Assembly: GCA_046725935.1 (NCBI GenBank)
Contig: JBKOZO010000073.1
Span: 9,341-73,340 of the forward strand
Direction: 5' to 3'
DNA from: Acidobacteriota bacterium
GTDB taxonomy: Bacteria; Acidobacteriota; Thermoanaerobaculia; UBA5066; Gp7-AA6
DNA length: 64,000 nt
Part shown: positions 11,229 through 20,407 of the stretch, piece after piece
Numbering within the stretch: the first letter of the stretch is position 1
Layout of the letters: each line of letters opens with the position of its first letter
Notes under the pieces: model-generated
What the model saw: only the letters and a program-made list of their open reading frames with translations
Told to the model about the DNA's origin: nothing
Database searches by the model: none
Position numbers and translations under genes: made by a program

Positions 11229-11244
11229 TGCAAGGTCGATACCA
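11229..11244 (-). promoter_or_regulatory. Candidate sigma-54 promoter for the 11176 small secreted protein gene
   Basis: The coding strand reads TGGTATcgaccTTGCA, with a perfect -12 element, conserved GG in the -24 element and exact spacing. The leader would be about 42 nt. Confidence 0.5.
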
Positions 11245-11266
11245 GAAACGCCTCCCGGGCGGCGTC

Positions 11267-11584
11267 CTAGTCGGCGCTTTTCTTGCTTTTCTTCTTGTCC
11301 GCTTTTTCGGACGCCGCGGGTTTCTCGGTCTTTTCCGACTTTTCCGACTTCTCTCCCGCATCCGAAGAGGATTCCGAGGCCTTTCGGCCGCCGCTCTCCT
11401 GCTTCGCGCGCGCGTAGTCGGTGACGTACCACCCGCTTCCCTTGAACTGGATCGCGGGTGCGGAGAACGCCTTCTTCAGCCGGCCGCCGCAATGCGGACA
11501 GACGCGCAGAGGCGCTTCGCCGACGCGCTGAATGACCTCGGTCTTCTTCCCGCACTTCCCGCAGACGTATTCGTAGATCGGCAT
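11267..11584 (-). CDS. FmdB-family zinc-ribbon putative regulatory protein
   Basis: It starts MPIYEYVCGKCG...CPHCGG, the CxxC...CxxC FmdB signature. The C-terminal tail is K/E/S-rich. Confidence 0.85.
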   Translation of the reverse strand: MPIYEYVCGKCGKKTEVIQRVGEAPLRVCPHCGGRLKKAFSAPAIQFKGSGWYVTDYARAKQESGGRKASESSSDAGEKSEKSEKTEKPAASEKADKKKSKKSAD

Positions 11585-11630
11585 GGAGTGCCGGAATCGT
11601 AACCGATTCGCCGAGGATCCGCCGCGTAGA

Positions 11631-12842
11631 ATGGCGCCCGTGATCTCGGTCGAAGAGGCCCGAGACATCCTCCAGCGGGCCTGCGCTCCAGCGGATGCCG
11701 AGTGCGTTCCGGTGACGGCGGCGCTCCACCGCGTCCTCGCCCGCGACGTCCGGTCCGACGTGGCGTGGCCGCCATTCGATACCTCCGCGATGGACGGCTA
11801 TGCGGTGCGCGTCGCGGACCTCTCCTCCGGCGAAGCGCCCGAGGAGCGGCCGGGTCTCGTGGCTGCGGGCGACCGGCCCGCGGCGCGCCTGGGACCGGGC
11901 GAGGCGGTGCGGGTGATGACCGGCGCGCCGATTCCCGACGGCACGGAGGCGATCGTTCCGGTCGAAGACATCCGCCGGGAGAACGGCCGGATCTTCGCGC
12001 GCATCACCCCGCGCGCGGGCGATCACATCCGGCGCCGCGCGGAGGTCCTTCCGGCGGGATCGACGCTGCTCGCGCGCGGGACGCGCCTGTCGCCGTCGGA
12101 CCTCGCCCTCGCCGCGCTCGCGGGAGCCGATCCGATCGAAGTCCACCGGCGAGCGCGGGTGACGATCGCCGTGACCGGCAGCGAGCTCGTCGCCGCGTCG
12201 GCGCGGCCGGGGCCGGGCCAGCTCCGCGATTCCAACGGGCCGATGCTCTCCGCTCTCTGCGCGGCCCGCGGCGTGGGCGCCGCGCTTCGCGTTGCCGTCG
12301 AGGACGAAGACGGCGCGGTGCGCCGCCTCTTCGCGGAGGCCGGGCGAGACGAGGACCTCCTCATCACGAGCGGCGGCGTCTCGGCGGGCGATCTGGACCT
12401 CCTGCCGGAGGAAGCCCGGCGCTCCGGATTCGAGATGCTGTTCCACCGCGTCGCCGTCCGGCCGGGCAAACCGGTTGCCCTCGGACGGCGCGGGAGGACA
12501 CTCTGGCTCGGGCTTCCCGGCAACCCCGTTTCTGCGAGCGTCTGCTTCCACCTCTTCGGGCGCCACGCGCTCGATTGCCTCGAGGGCGACGCGCATCCCG
12601 GACCGCCGGTCCGCCGCGCGCGCCTGGCGCGGGACCTCGCGGTGCGCGGAGAGCGCGAGACCTATCGCGACGCGGTCCTCGAAGAGGACGGCGACGGAGG
12701 CCTTCGCGTCTCTCCCTCGGAGAGCCGCGGGAGCCACGACCTGCTCGCTCACGCCCGGGCGAACGTGTTGATCCGCGTTCCGGCCGGCGCGGGCAATCTC
12801 CGCGCGGGCAGCCCCGTCGACTGCGTGGTCCTCGAGCGATGA
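11631..12842 (+). CDS. moeA: Molybdopterin molybdenumtransferase MoeA
   Basis: Motifs PPFDTSAMDGYAV, SGGVSAGDLD and VAVRPGKP are present. The ATG at 11631 is preferred over the upstream ORF start at 11583. Confidence 0.88.
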   Translation: MAPVISVEEARDILQRACAPADAECVPVTAALHRVLARDVRSDVAWPPFDTSAMDGYAVRVADLSSGEAPEERPGLVAAGDRPAARLGPGEAVRVMTGAPIPDGTEAIVPVEDIRRENGRIFARITPRAGDHIRRRAEVLPAGSTLLARGTRLSPSDLALAALAGADPIEVHRRARVTIAVTGSELVAASARPGPGQLRDSNGPMLSALCAARGVGAALRVAVEDEDGAVRRLFAEAGRDEDLLITSGGVSAGDLDLLPEEARRSGFEMLFHRVAVRPGKPVALGRRGRTLWLGLPGNPVSASVCFHLFGRHALDCLEGDAHPGPPVRRARLARDLAVRGERETYRDAVLEEDGDGGLRVSPSESRGSHDLLAHARANVLIRVPAGAGNLRAGSPVDCVVLER

Positions 12843-13630
12843 GCGGGCCGCGCCGCGGACGGAAGGCGATCGACCCGGAGGTCTCGCACCGCACGGCGCC
12901 GGCGGGCGACGGCGTCTCGATCGCGTACACGCTCTGGCGCCGTCCGGCGCGAGAGCTGCTGGTGCTGGCTCCCGGGTTCTGGCGGGTGCGCGTCGCGCGG
13001 GAAAACCTCTTTCTGGCGCACCATTTCCTGCGGCGCGGCTACGACGTCGCCGCGCTCGATTTCCGCGGGCACGGGGACAGCGGCGGCCGCTATGCCTTCG
13101 GAGCCGCGGAGCACCGGGATTTCCTGGCCGTCATCGAGGAGCTGGTGGGACCCGGCCGGCTCTTCGATCGGTTCGTCGTGGTCGGCCTTTCGATGGGCGG
13201 CGCCATCGCGGCGCAGGCGCTCGCGGGCCGGCCCGACCTGCCGTGCCGCGGACTGGCCATGATTTCCTCGCCGGCCGACCTCGCCACGCTTCGACCCAAA
13301 CCCTGGAAGGCGGGAGCGCTTCGACAGGTCCGGCTGCGCCACGCGCTGCGCGTGCCGCGGATCCTGGCACGCGGCCTCGCCTCCCGCAAGCCGCGCGCGT
13401 CCGAAGCCGTGGCGACCCTGGCGATCCCCAAGCTGATCGTGACCTCCGAGGGGGACTGGCTCGTGGATCCGTCGCACGGGCGGGCGCTCGCGGAGGCTGC
13501 CGCGGCGCCCGTGGACTACGTCCACCTGGAGCTGCCCGGCGCCCTTCACGCCGACGGCCTCGTGAAGTTCGTGCCCGTCCGGCTCCTGCGCCTGCTCGAT
13601 CGGTGGCTCGACGAGAATGCGCCGCCGTAA
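12839..13630 (+). CDS. Alpha/beta-fold hydrolase
   Basis: The ATG overlaps the moeA stop (ATGA). It has nucleophile elbow GLSMGG and HGDSGG after strand 3. Confidence 0.75.
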   Translation: MSGPRRGRKAIDPEVSHRTAPAGDGVSIAYTLWRRPARELLVLAPGFWRVRVARENLFLAHHFLRRGYDVAALDFRGHGDSGGRYAFGAAEHRDFLAVIEELVGPGRLFDRFVVVGLSMGGAIAAQALAGRPDLPCRGLAMISSPADLATLRPKPWKAGALRQVRLRHALRVPRILARGLASRKPRASEAVATLAIPKLIVTSEGDWLVDPSHGRALAEAAAAPVDYVHLELPGALHADGLVKFVPVRLLRLLDRWLDENAPP

Positions 13631-13715
13631 CAGTCGCGGAAGCTTGCTCGGGATCTGGCTCATGCCGCCGATCGGGACGGGCACCGCTTAAGTTGTTCCT
13701 AAGCAGATTCCAGCG

Positions 13716-13732
13716 CTGGCACGACCGCCGCA
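13716..13732 (+). promoter_or_regulatory. Weak candidate sigma-54 promoter upstream of the KAS operon
   Basis: TGGCACgaccgCCGCAt has correct spacing. However, the predicted TSS (about 13742) is only 3 nt from the GTG start, so it is doubtful. Confidence 0.3.
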
Positions 13733-13744
13733 TAGAATCCGGGC

Positions 13745-14995
13745 GTGGCGGAGCGGCGCGTCGCGATCACCGGGATTGGCTGCCTCTCTCCCAACGGCAA
13801 CGGGCGCGAGGAGTTTGCGCGCGCTCTCCGGGCGGGCCGAAGCGGAGTGGGACGGATCTCCCTCTTCGATCCTGAAGGCCTTCCCGCCACGATCGCGGGC
13901 GAGGTCAAGGACTTCGATCCGTCGGCGCACCTCGAACCCAAGGACCTCCGGCACGTGTCGCGCGCCGTGCCTCTCGCGATCGCCGCGACGGATGAAGCGC
14001 TCCGCGACGCCGGCATCGAGGCCGACGCGCTCACGCTCGAGGAGCGACGGCGCCTCGGAGTCCTGCTCGGAACCGGAGGCGGACCGATCGAGTTCTCCGA
14101 ACGGATGTACCACCTTTACTACACGAACCAGGTCAAGAAGGCGTCGGTCTACGCGATCGCCTCGGGCACGATCGGGACGCTGTCCTCGGAGATATCGATG
14201 CGCTACGGGCTGCGCGGCCCCTCGCAGGTCGTCTCGACGGGATGCGCGTCGTCGACGGACGCCCTGGGCCACGCCTTTCGCGCGATCAAGTTCGGAGCCG
14301 AGGAGATCGTACTCGCCGGCGGCGTCGACGCGACGGTCGTGCGCGGCATCATGGAAGGCTTCGTCATGATGCGGGTGGTCTCCACCGCGTACGAACGGGA
14401 ACCGCCGCGCGCCTGCCGGCCTTTCGACTCGGGAAGAGACGGTTTCGTTCTGGGCGAGGGCGCGTGGATGTTCGTGCTCGAGGAGAGGGAGCGCGCGCGG
14501 GCCCGCGGCGCCCGCGTGTACGCCGAGATCCGCGGCTACGGAGCGACGTGCGATGCGCATCACCGCGTGCGCCTCGACGAGTCGGGCGAGGAGCCCGCCC
14601 GGGCGATGGAGCTGGCCCTCGCGGAAGCCGGTCTGCCCGCCGAGGCCATCGACTACGTCGCGTACCACGGCACGGGCACGGAGCTGAACGACCGCGTCGA
14701 GACGCGCGCGGCGCGCCTCGCCTTCGGGGCCGCCGCGGTGCGGATCCCCGGCTCGTCGATCAAGTCGATGATCGGACATCCGCAGGGCGCGTGCGGCGCT
14801 GCGGGAGTCGCGGCCACCGTGCTCGGCATGCGCGACGGATTTCTGCCGCCGACGATCAATCTGGAGACGGCGGATCCCGAATGCGACCTCGACTACGTCC
14901 CCAACACGGCCCGGCCGGCGTCGTTCGCCAACGCCCTCTGTAACTGCATCGGGTTCGGCTCGAAGAACAGCGCGCTCGTCGTCAGCCGCGCGTGA
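13745..14995 (+). CDS. Beta-ketoacyl-ACP synthase family protein (FabF/KAS II-like)
   Basis: 416 aa starting RRVAITGIG. The C-H-H triad context is present (STGCASS, YHGTGT, GHPQGA). Confidence 0.88.
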   Translation: MAERRVAITGIGCLSPNGNGREEFARALRAGRSGVGRISLFDPEGLPATIAGEVKDFDPSAHLEPKDLRHVSRAVPLAIAATDEALRDAGIEADALTLEERRRLGVLLGTGGGPIEFSERMYHLYYTNQVKKASVYAIASGTIGTLSSEISMRYGLRGPSQVVSTGCASSTDALGHAFRAIKFGAEEIVLAGGVDATVVRGIMEGFVMMRVVSTAYEREPPRACRPFDSGRDGFVLGEGAWMFVLEERERARARGARVYAEIRGYGATCDAHHRVRLDESGEEPARAMELALAEAGLPAEAIDYVAYHGTGTELNDRVETRAARLAFGAAAVRIPGSSIKSMIGHPQGACGAAGVAATVLGMRDGFLPPTINLETADPECDLDYVPNTARPASFANALCNCIGFGSKNSALVVSRA

Positions 14996-15005
14996 GCGTC
15001 GCCCG

Positions 15006-15704
15006 GTGAGCCTCTTCGTGCCTCCGCGCCGTCCCTCCCGCGAGCGCCTCGACGATCCGAGCCTCCCCGCGGACGAGATGCGCCGGAATCTCGAGGACCT
15101 GGGCGAGATCGGCCGCCGTTGGGGAGCACAGCGGGACCTGGCGGACTACGTCGACGGCCGCGCGCGCGCACTCGGCCTGCGCCGCGTCTCGGTCCTCGAC
15201 GTCGGCGCGGGCTCGGGCGAGGGAACGTCCGGCCTTCGCCGCACGTTGACTCGCGGGGGACTCGCCGCGGAGGTGCTCGCGCTGGACCTGCGGTGGCGCC
15301 ACCTCGCCGCGGGACGGCTCATCGCCGCCCAGCCGGCGCGGGCCGTTTCCGCGGACGGGTTCCGGATGCCGTTTCGCGACGGTGCCTTCGACTTCGCGGT
15401 GTCGACGCTCTTTTTCCACCACTTCTCCCCCGACGAGAATCGGCGCCTCCTCGCGGAGCTCCGGCGGGTCGCGCGCCACGGCTTCGCCATGCTCGACGTG
15501 CGCCGCCACCGGATCCCGGAAATCTTCCTCGCCCTGGTCGGGCCCGCGATCTTTCGAACCCGCATCACGACGGAGGACAGCGTAGCGTCCGTGCGGCAGG
15601 CATACACGCCCTCCGAGGCGCTGGCCGTGGCGCGCGAGGTGGACCCGCGGAGCACCCTGCGCCGGATCTTTCCCTTCCGAATTCTGGTGGCGGGCGGGAC
15701 ATGA
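15006..15704 (+). CDS. Class I SAM-dependent methyltransferase
   Basis: Motif I is VLDVGAGSGEG. The post-I acidic residue and FDFAVS motif are present. Confidence 0.8.
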   Translation: MSLFVPPRRPSRERLDDPSLPADEMRRNLEDLGEIGRRWGAQRDLADYVDGRARALGLRRVSVLDVGAGSGEGTSGLRRTLTRGGLAAEVLALDLRWRHLAAGRLIAAQPARAVSADGFRMPFRDGAFDFAVSTLFFHHFSPDENRRLLAELRRVARHGFAMLDVRRHRIPEIFLALVGPAIFRTRITTEDSVASVRQAYTPSEALAVAREVDPRSTLRRIFPFRILVAGGT

Positions 15705-16822
15705 CAAGACCCTTCGACGCGATCGTCGTGGGCGCAGGCCCGGCCGGCTCCGCCGCCGCTGCGATGCTGGCCGCGCGCGGACGCCCCGTCCTGGTCTTCG
15801 AGAAGGAGCGCTTTCCCCGGCGAAAGGTCTGCGGCGAATTCCTCTCGGCGGACGCGCTGGGCTCTCTCGAGAGGCTCGGCGTCCGAGAAGACGTCGAAGC
15901 GCGCGCCGAACGCATCCGGGAGGGAGAGCTCTATCTCCGCAACGGACGCCCGATCGCGTTCCACTTGCCCGCGCGTGCGCTGGGGATCTCCCGCTTCGTC
16001 CTCGATGACTTGCTGGCGCGGCGCGCGGCGGAGCTCGGTGCCGAATTCCGGTTCGGCGCCCGTGTGCGCGACGTCGCGCCGGAAGGAGCCGGCTGGCGCG
16101 TCCGCTTTTCCGAAGGATTGCAAGACGCCGAGGTGGCGGCGCGCGCCGTGGTGGGAGCCTGGGGCCGCTGGGACGCGCTGGACCGGGCGCTCAACCGTGG
16201 GTTCGACGGGCGCCACGGACGATTTCTCGCATGGAGCCGCGAGTACGCGCCCTCGGCGGAGATGGCGGGCCGCGTTCGCGTCTATCTCTTCCGCGGCGGG
16301 TACTGCGGCCTCTCGCGGGTCGAGGGCGGCCGGGTGAATCTCGCCGGCGTGGTGGCCGAGTCCCAGCACCGGCGCTCAACCGGCGGTTGGGAGGCGGTCC
16401 TCGATCACGCGCGCCGTTCGAACACGTCCCTCGACCGGGACCTCTCGACTCTGACTCCGAGCTCCGATTTTCTCGGCGCCGGGCCCGTCTACTTCACGAG
16501 CAAGCCTCCTGCGGAGGGCGGAATCCTGATGGCTGGAGACGCGGCGGGCGTGCTCGATCCGTTTTCCGGAGAGGGCCAGGAATGCGCCCTGGCGTCCGGA
16601 ATCCTCGCCGCCCGGACGCTCGAGCGAGCCTTCAGCGGGGAGATCGCCCTCGAACGCGCCGCTGCGGTCTACGCGGCGGCGTGGCGCGCCCGGTTCCGGA
16701 GGCGCTTCGGCTGGAGCGCCGCGTTCCGGAGCCTGATGCTGCACCCGCGCCTGGCCGCCGCCGCGGCGCCGCTGGTCGGCGAGAGGTTGACGAGGCTGGC
16801 GCTGTCGAGACTGAGGGCCTAG
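15701..16822 (+). CDS. FAD-dependent oxidoreductase (geranylgeranyl-reductase/flavin monooxygenase-like)
   Basis: The ATG overlaps the upstream stop. It has the dinucleotide fold DAIVVGAGPAGSAAA and a later GDAAG motif. Confidence 0.82.
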   Translation: MTRPFDAIVVGAGPAGSAAAAMLAARGRPVLVFEKERFPRRKVCGEFLSADALGSLERLGVREDVEARAERIREGELYLRNGRPIAFHLPARALGISRFVLDDLLARRAAELGAEFRFGARVRDVAPEGAGWRVRFSEGLQDAEVAARAVVGAWGRWDALDRALNRGFDGRHGRFLAWSREYAPSAEMAGRVRVYLFRGGYCGLSRVEGGRVNLAGVVAESQHRRSTGGWEAVLDHARRSNTSLDRDLSTLTPSSDFLGAGPVYFTSKPPAEGGILMAGDAAGVLDPFSGEGQECALASGILAARTLERAFSGEIALERAAAVYAAAWRARFRRRFGWSAAFRSLMLHPRLAAAAAPLVGERLTRLALSRLRA

Positions 16823-16834
16823 TCGCGCGCCTCG

Positions 16835-17566
16835 TCACATCGCCTTGGCGCCTTCGGGCGTGAACACCTTGTCGTCGATCTTCGCGGGCTGGATGTCGAG
16901 GTACTCGAGACGTGTGATCTCGCCGGCGTTGGGGCCGAGCTTGTCCACGACCTCCATCTCGGCGACCGCGGTCTTGTCTCCGATCTTGCGGAACTTCGTG
17001 AAGGTGACCTCGCGCGCTTCGCGGCCCGATGGGAGGAAGAAGAGGAGCTTGCGCGCGCGCTTGTCCTGCGCATCGAGCCACAGCGTGACCTTGGGATAAG
17101 GAGCCTTCGGCGATTTGGCCGTCAGGTCGAGGACATACGCGGGCCGGTCTCCGAGGGTCTCGGTCCCGGGCCGCAGGACGGCCTCGTAATCCTCCGCCAG
17201 GCGCATGCTCGCCACGTCTCCGAACGAGGCGCCGCCCATGAGGCGCTGGTTCTTCGTGATGGGGACCGGATTCTCGGTTCCCGGGACGATCAGCCACATC
17301 TTCTCGCCTACGGTCAGCGCCTTGCGCCCGTTGTTCTTCCCGCCGCGGAAGACGATCAGCGCGTGATCGCGGCCCTTGACGTAGATGTCGAAGTCGGCCG
17401 TCCCGGCGGGCTTTCCGTCCACGATCTGCGTCGCGCGCGCCGTGATCTTGGCCTCCCCGAACGCCTGGCGCGCCTGGTCCACCGCGGTCAGCCACTCATG
17501 CACCTCGGCGTCCGTCGGCGCGGCCGCCATCGCCGCCGCGAGCAGGACCGCCCGGAAGTTAGACAT
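16835..17566 (-). CDS. Outer-membrane lipoprotein-sorting (LolA-like) periplasmic protein
   Basis: 243 aa with a signal peptide. Its sequence resembles the LolA_like family that accompanies FtsX-type ABC systems. It is the last gene of the ABC operon. Confidence 0.7.
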   Translation of the reverse strand: MSNFRAVLLAAAMAAAPTDAEVHEWLTAVDQARQAFGEAKITARATQIVDGKPAGTADFDIYVKGRDHALIVFRGGKNNGRKALTVGEKMWLIVPGTENPVPITKNQRLMGGASFGDVASMRLAEDYEAVLRPGTETLGDRPAYVLDLTAKSPKAPYPKVTLWLDAQDKRARKLLFFLPSGREAREVTFTKFRKIGDKTAVAEMEVVDKLGPNAGEITRLEYLDIQPAKIDDKVFTPEGAKAM

Positions 17567-18782
17567 GCGTCAGAGCGTCCATGATCGGGAGCCGCGAAGC
17601 GCGACGAGCCGGAAAGTAGGCGGCGACGGTCATCGTCACCAGCATCGCCACGAACCCCACGCCGTACGTCAGCGGGTAGAGCTTCACGTTCAGGGGCGCT
17701 CCGGTCGTGCCTCCGGGAGGAGGAGGCAGCGTCAGGCCCGAGGCGTTCAAGACCCAACGCACGATGAGCGCGAGCAGCGCGCCGGCGGCGCAGCCGATGA
17801 GGGCGAGGGCGACTCCCTCCACCAGGAACATCTTCCGAACGCCCGCAGGGCGCGTCCCGAGCGCGCGCAGCGTCCCGATTTCCCGGGTCCGTTCGGTCAC
17901 CGCCATCGCCATCACGATCGCCGCCGAGAGGATCACGATGACGACCAGAACCGCTCCGATGAATCCGAAGATTCCGATGTAGAGCAGTCGGACCTGTCCG
18001 TAGAAGACGGCCAGGTCCTGCCATCGCTGGATGGCCAGCGGGAAGCCGGCGGCGTGGAGCGCGGCTTTCAGCCGTTCGGCCACCTTCGCCTCGTCGACGC
18101 GAGGCTTCAGGAACACGACGAGCTTGGAGACGGTGTCTTCGCTCTGCAGCAGGCGCGAGACGAGGCCGATTCCCGCCGCCAGGTAGCGGTCGTTGAGCTC
18201 CTTGATCTTGACGTCCACGAGACCGGCCACGATCCCGTCGACCGCGTTGAGAGAGCCGTCGGGCGTGGTGGCCAGAAGCGTGATGCGCCCGCCGACGCCG
18301 ACGCCGAGGGCGCTGGCCAGTCCCGTGCCGAGGACGACGTTGTCGTCGCCGTCTCCCGAGAGGTACTTGCCCTTCACCAGCATCTCGGGAGCCATCGTCG
18401 CCTTCGCTTCCGGCTCCGGGTCCACACCCACGCCGAGAAACGGTATCGAGCGGGAGCCGTTGGTCGCCAGACCCACGAACTCGATTCTCGGAAGGACCGC
18501 GGCGACGTCCGGATCGCGCGACGCGACGGAGCGGGCCCGGTGCGCGTCATGGATGCCGAACTCGAGCGTGACGTCCTCGGCCTTGCCGACGGCGCGCGGG
18601 TCCACGGCCTGGAGGTGTCCGACGGTCCGAATCGTGCCCTCGCGGAGCGTCTCGAACGACTGGGCGACGAACCCGCCCGCCAGCGCGAAAGCGGCGAACC
18701 CGAAGGTCACCACCGCGATCATGAGGAGGCTCCGCCGCCGCTGGCGGGCGATGTTGCGCAGAGCCAGGGCGAAGGCGTTCAT
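17559..18782 (-). CDS. ABC transporter permease, FtsX/MacB-like
   Basis: 407 aa with an N-terminal TM helix, a large periplasmic domain and a C-terminal 3-TM FtsX domain. It overlaps both neighbouring genes. Confidence 0.85.
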   Translation of the reverse strand: MNAFALALRNIARQRRRSLLMIAVVTFGFAAFALAGGFVAQSFETLREGTIRTVGHLQAVDPRAVGKAEDVTLEFGIHDAHRARSVASRDPDVAAVLPRIEFVGLATNGSRSIPFLGVGVDPEPEAKATMAPEMLVKGKYLSGDGDDNVVLGTGLASALGVGVGGRITLLATTPDGSLNAVDGIVAGLVDVKIKELNDRYLAAGIGLVSRLLQSEDTVSKLVVFLKPRVDEAKVAERLKAALHAAGFPLAIQRWQDLAVFYGQVRLLYIGIFGFIGAVLVVIVILSAAIVMAMAVTERTREIGTLRALGTRPAGVRKMFLVEGVALALIGCAAGALLALIVRWVLNASGLTLPPPPGGTTGAPLNVKLYPLTYGVGFVAMLVTMTVAAYFPARRASRLPIMDALTHV

Positions 18783-19477
18783 TGCGCGCGGTCCGACTCG
18801 ATCATCCCGTCGTGCAGCGTGACGACCCGGCGTGCCCGGCGGACCACGTTGGGATCGTGCGTCGCGAAGAGGAACGAGACACCCTTCGAGGCGTTGATGC
18901 GGCGCATCAGCTCCAGGATCTCGTCGGCCGTGTGGCTGTCGAGGTTGGCGGTCGGCTCGTCGGCGAAGACGACGGCCGGGTCGTTGGCCAGGGCGCGTGC
19001 GATCGCGACGCGCTGCCGCTGGCCCCCCGAGAGGAGGTCGGGCCGGACCTGCGCCTTGTCCGGAAGTCCGACTGACGCGAGCAGCTCCCGCGCGCGGTCT
19101 CGCCGCGCGTTTCCGTCGAGGCCCTTGAGCGCCAGCGGGTATGCGACGTTCTCCTCGGCCGTCAGGACGGGAATGAGATTGAAGGTCTGGAAGACGAAGC
19201 CGAAGCGGTCCCGCCGCAGATCCGATCGCTCGTCCTCGGTCAGCGTCTCGGCCTCCTTCGCTTCGACCACGACCTGGCCGGAGTCCGGCGCGTCGAGCAG
19301 GCCGAGAAGATTGAGCAGCGTCGTCTTGCCGGAGCCGCTGGGACCCTGGAGGGCCACGAATTCACCGGGGGCGATGGCGATCGAGACGCCACGGACCGCC
19401 GGGACCCGGGCCTGGCCGAGCACGTATGCGCGATGGAGGTCGCGCCCCTCGACGAGCGCCCCGGCCCCTTCCTTCAT
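18779..19477 (-). CDS. ABC transporter ATP-binding protein (LolD/MacB-type)
   Basis: It has Walker A GPSGSGKTT, signature LSGGQRQRV and Walker B VVFADEPT. Confidence 0.93.
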   Translation of the reverse strand: MKEGAGALVEGRDLHRAYVLGQARVPAVRGVSIAIAPGEFVALQGPSGSGKTTLLNLLGLLDAPDSGQVVVEAKEAETLTEDERSDLRRDRFGFVFQTFNLIPVLTAEENVAYPLALKGLDGNARRDRARELLASVGLPDKAQVRPDLLSGGQRQRVAIARALANDPAVVFADEPTANLDSHTADEILELMRRINASKGVSFLFATHDPNVVRRARRVVTLHDGMIESDRAQ

Positions 19478-19493
19478 CCGCGCGAGAGTCTAG

Positions 19494-19761
19494 CCCGGAT
19501 TATTCATGATCACCTGGGCGAAACACGGACAGGTGACTGGGCTTAAAAGGGTTCATCCCGGAAAACAGAAGTAGCGTGATCGCAACGTCCGCGACAGAGA
19601 TTTTTCGCCGAGACAAGGAAGCGCGACGACGGCTATGCTGAAACGCATCGCCGAGGAGCGATGACGCCGTATCGGCGGACGTCCATGAGCAGGGGGCGCA
19701 CGGCGCCCCCTGAACCCCCGCGATCGGAGCGGCGCCCGGAGTCGATCGTGAATAATGCGGG
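19494..19761. repeat. 268-bp segment bounded by 18-bp imperfect inverted repeats inside a 315-bp AT-richer intergenic region (MITE-like or structured RNA)
   Basis: Left arm cccggattattcatgatc (19494-19511) matches the reverse complement of gatcgtgaataatgcggg (19744-19761) at 16/18. Internal hairpins are cacctg...caggtg and a 10-bp GC stem cagggggcgc-acg-gcgccccctg (about 19684-19706). Confidence 0.45.
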
Positions 19762-19792
19762 CTGGCCCGAGCCGGTTCCGCGCCGAAGCTCT

Positions 19793-20407
19793 CTACTTCG
19801 AAAACGTCTCCAGCAGCGTCTGCATGTCCTGGGCGTGCTCCTCTTCCTTGGCCAGGATCTCCTCCATCAGTCTGCGGGAGGTCGGGTCGTCGTTGCCCAG
19901 GAATCGGATGATCTCCGAATAGGACTCGATGGCCACGCGCTCGGCGACGAGGTCCTCGCGGATCATGTCCACCAGCGTCTTGCCCTCGACGTACTCGGAG
20001 TGACTGCGGGTCGCCAGCCCCTCGGGGTTCAGGTTGGGCTCGCCGTTGAGCTGCGTGATCCGGCCGGCGATGCGGTCCGCGTGGTCCTGCTCCTCGGTCG
20101 CGTGCTCGAGGAACTCCTGCGCCACGGCCTGCGCGTTGATTCCCGAGGCCATGAAGTAATGGCGCTTGTAGCGCAGCACGCACACGATCTCGGTGGCGAG
20201 AGCCTCGTTGAGCACACGGACGACGGTCTCGCGGTCGGCGCGGTAGTTCTCGGTCACGGCGCCTTCCTGGATGTGCCGCCGCGCGCGCTCGCGCAGCTCC
20301 CGGATGTCCGAGAGGAAGGGCATGTCGGTGGGAGCGCTCTCGGCGGGACGGGGTTTCATCGACGGGTTCTCGACGGGACGAGGCTTCATCGAGGCTTTCT
20401 TGCTCAT
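19793..20407 (-). CDS. Ferritin-like / bacterioferritin-family protein
   Basis: It is a four-helix-bundle di-iron type with EALATEI, EHATEEQDHADR and LAKEEEHAQD motifs. The N-terminal ~40 aa are Pro-rich, so the true start may be further downstream. Confidence 0.8.
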   Translation of the reverse strand: MSKKASMKPRPVENPSMKPRPAESAPTDMPFLSDIRELRERARRHIQEGAVTENYRADRETVVRVLNEALATEIVCVLRYKRHYFMASGINAQAVAQEFLEHATEEQDHADRIAGRITQLNGEPNLNPEGLATRSHSEYVEGKTLVDMIREDLVAERVAIESYSEIIRFLGNDDPTSRRLMEEILAKEEEHAQDMQTLLETFSK

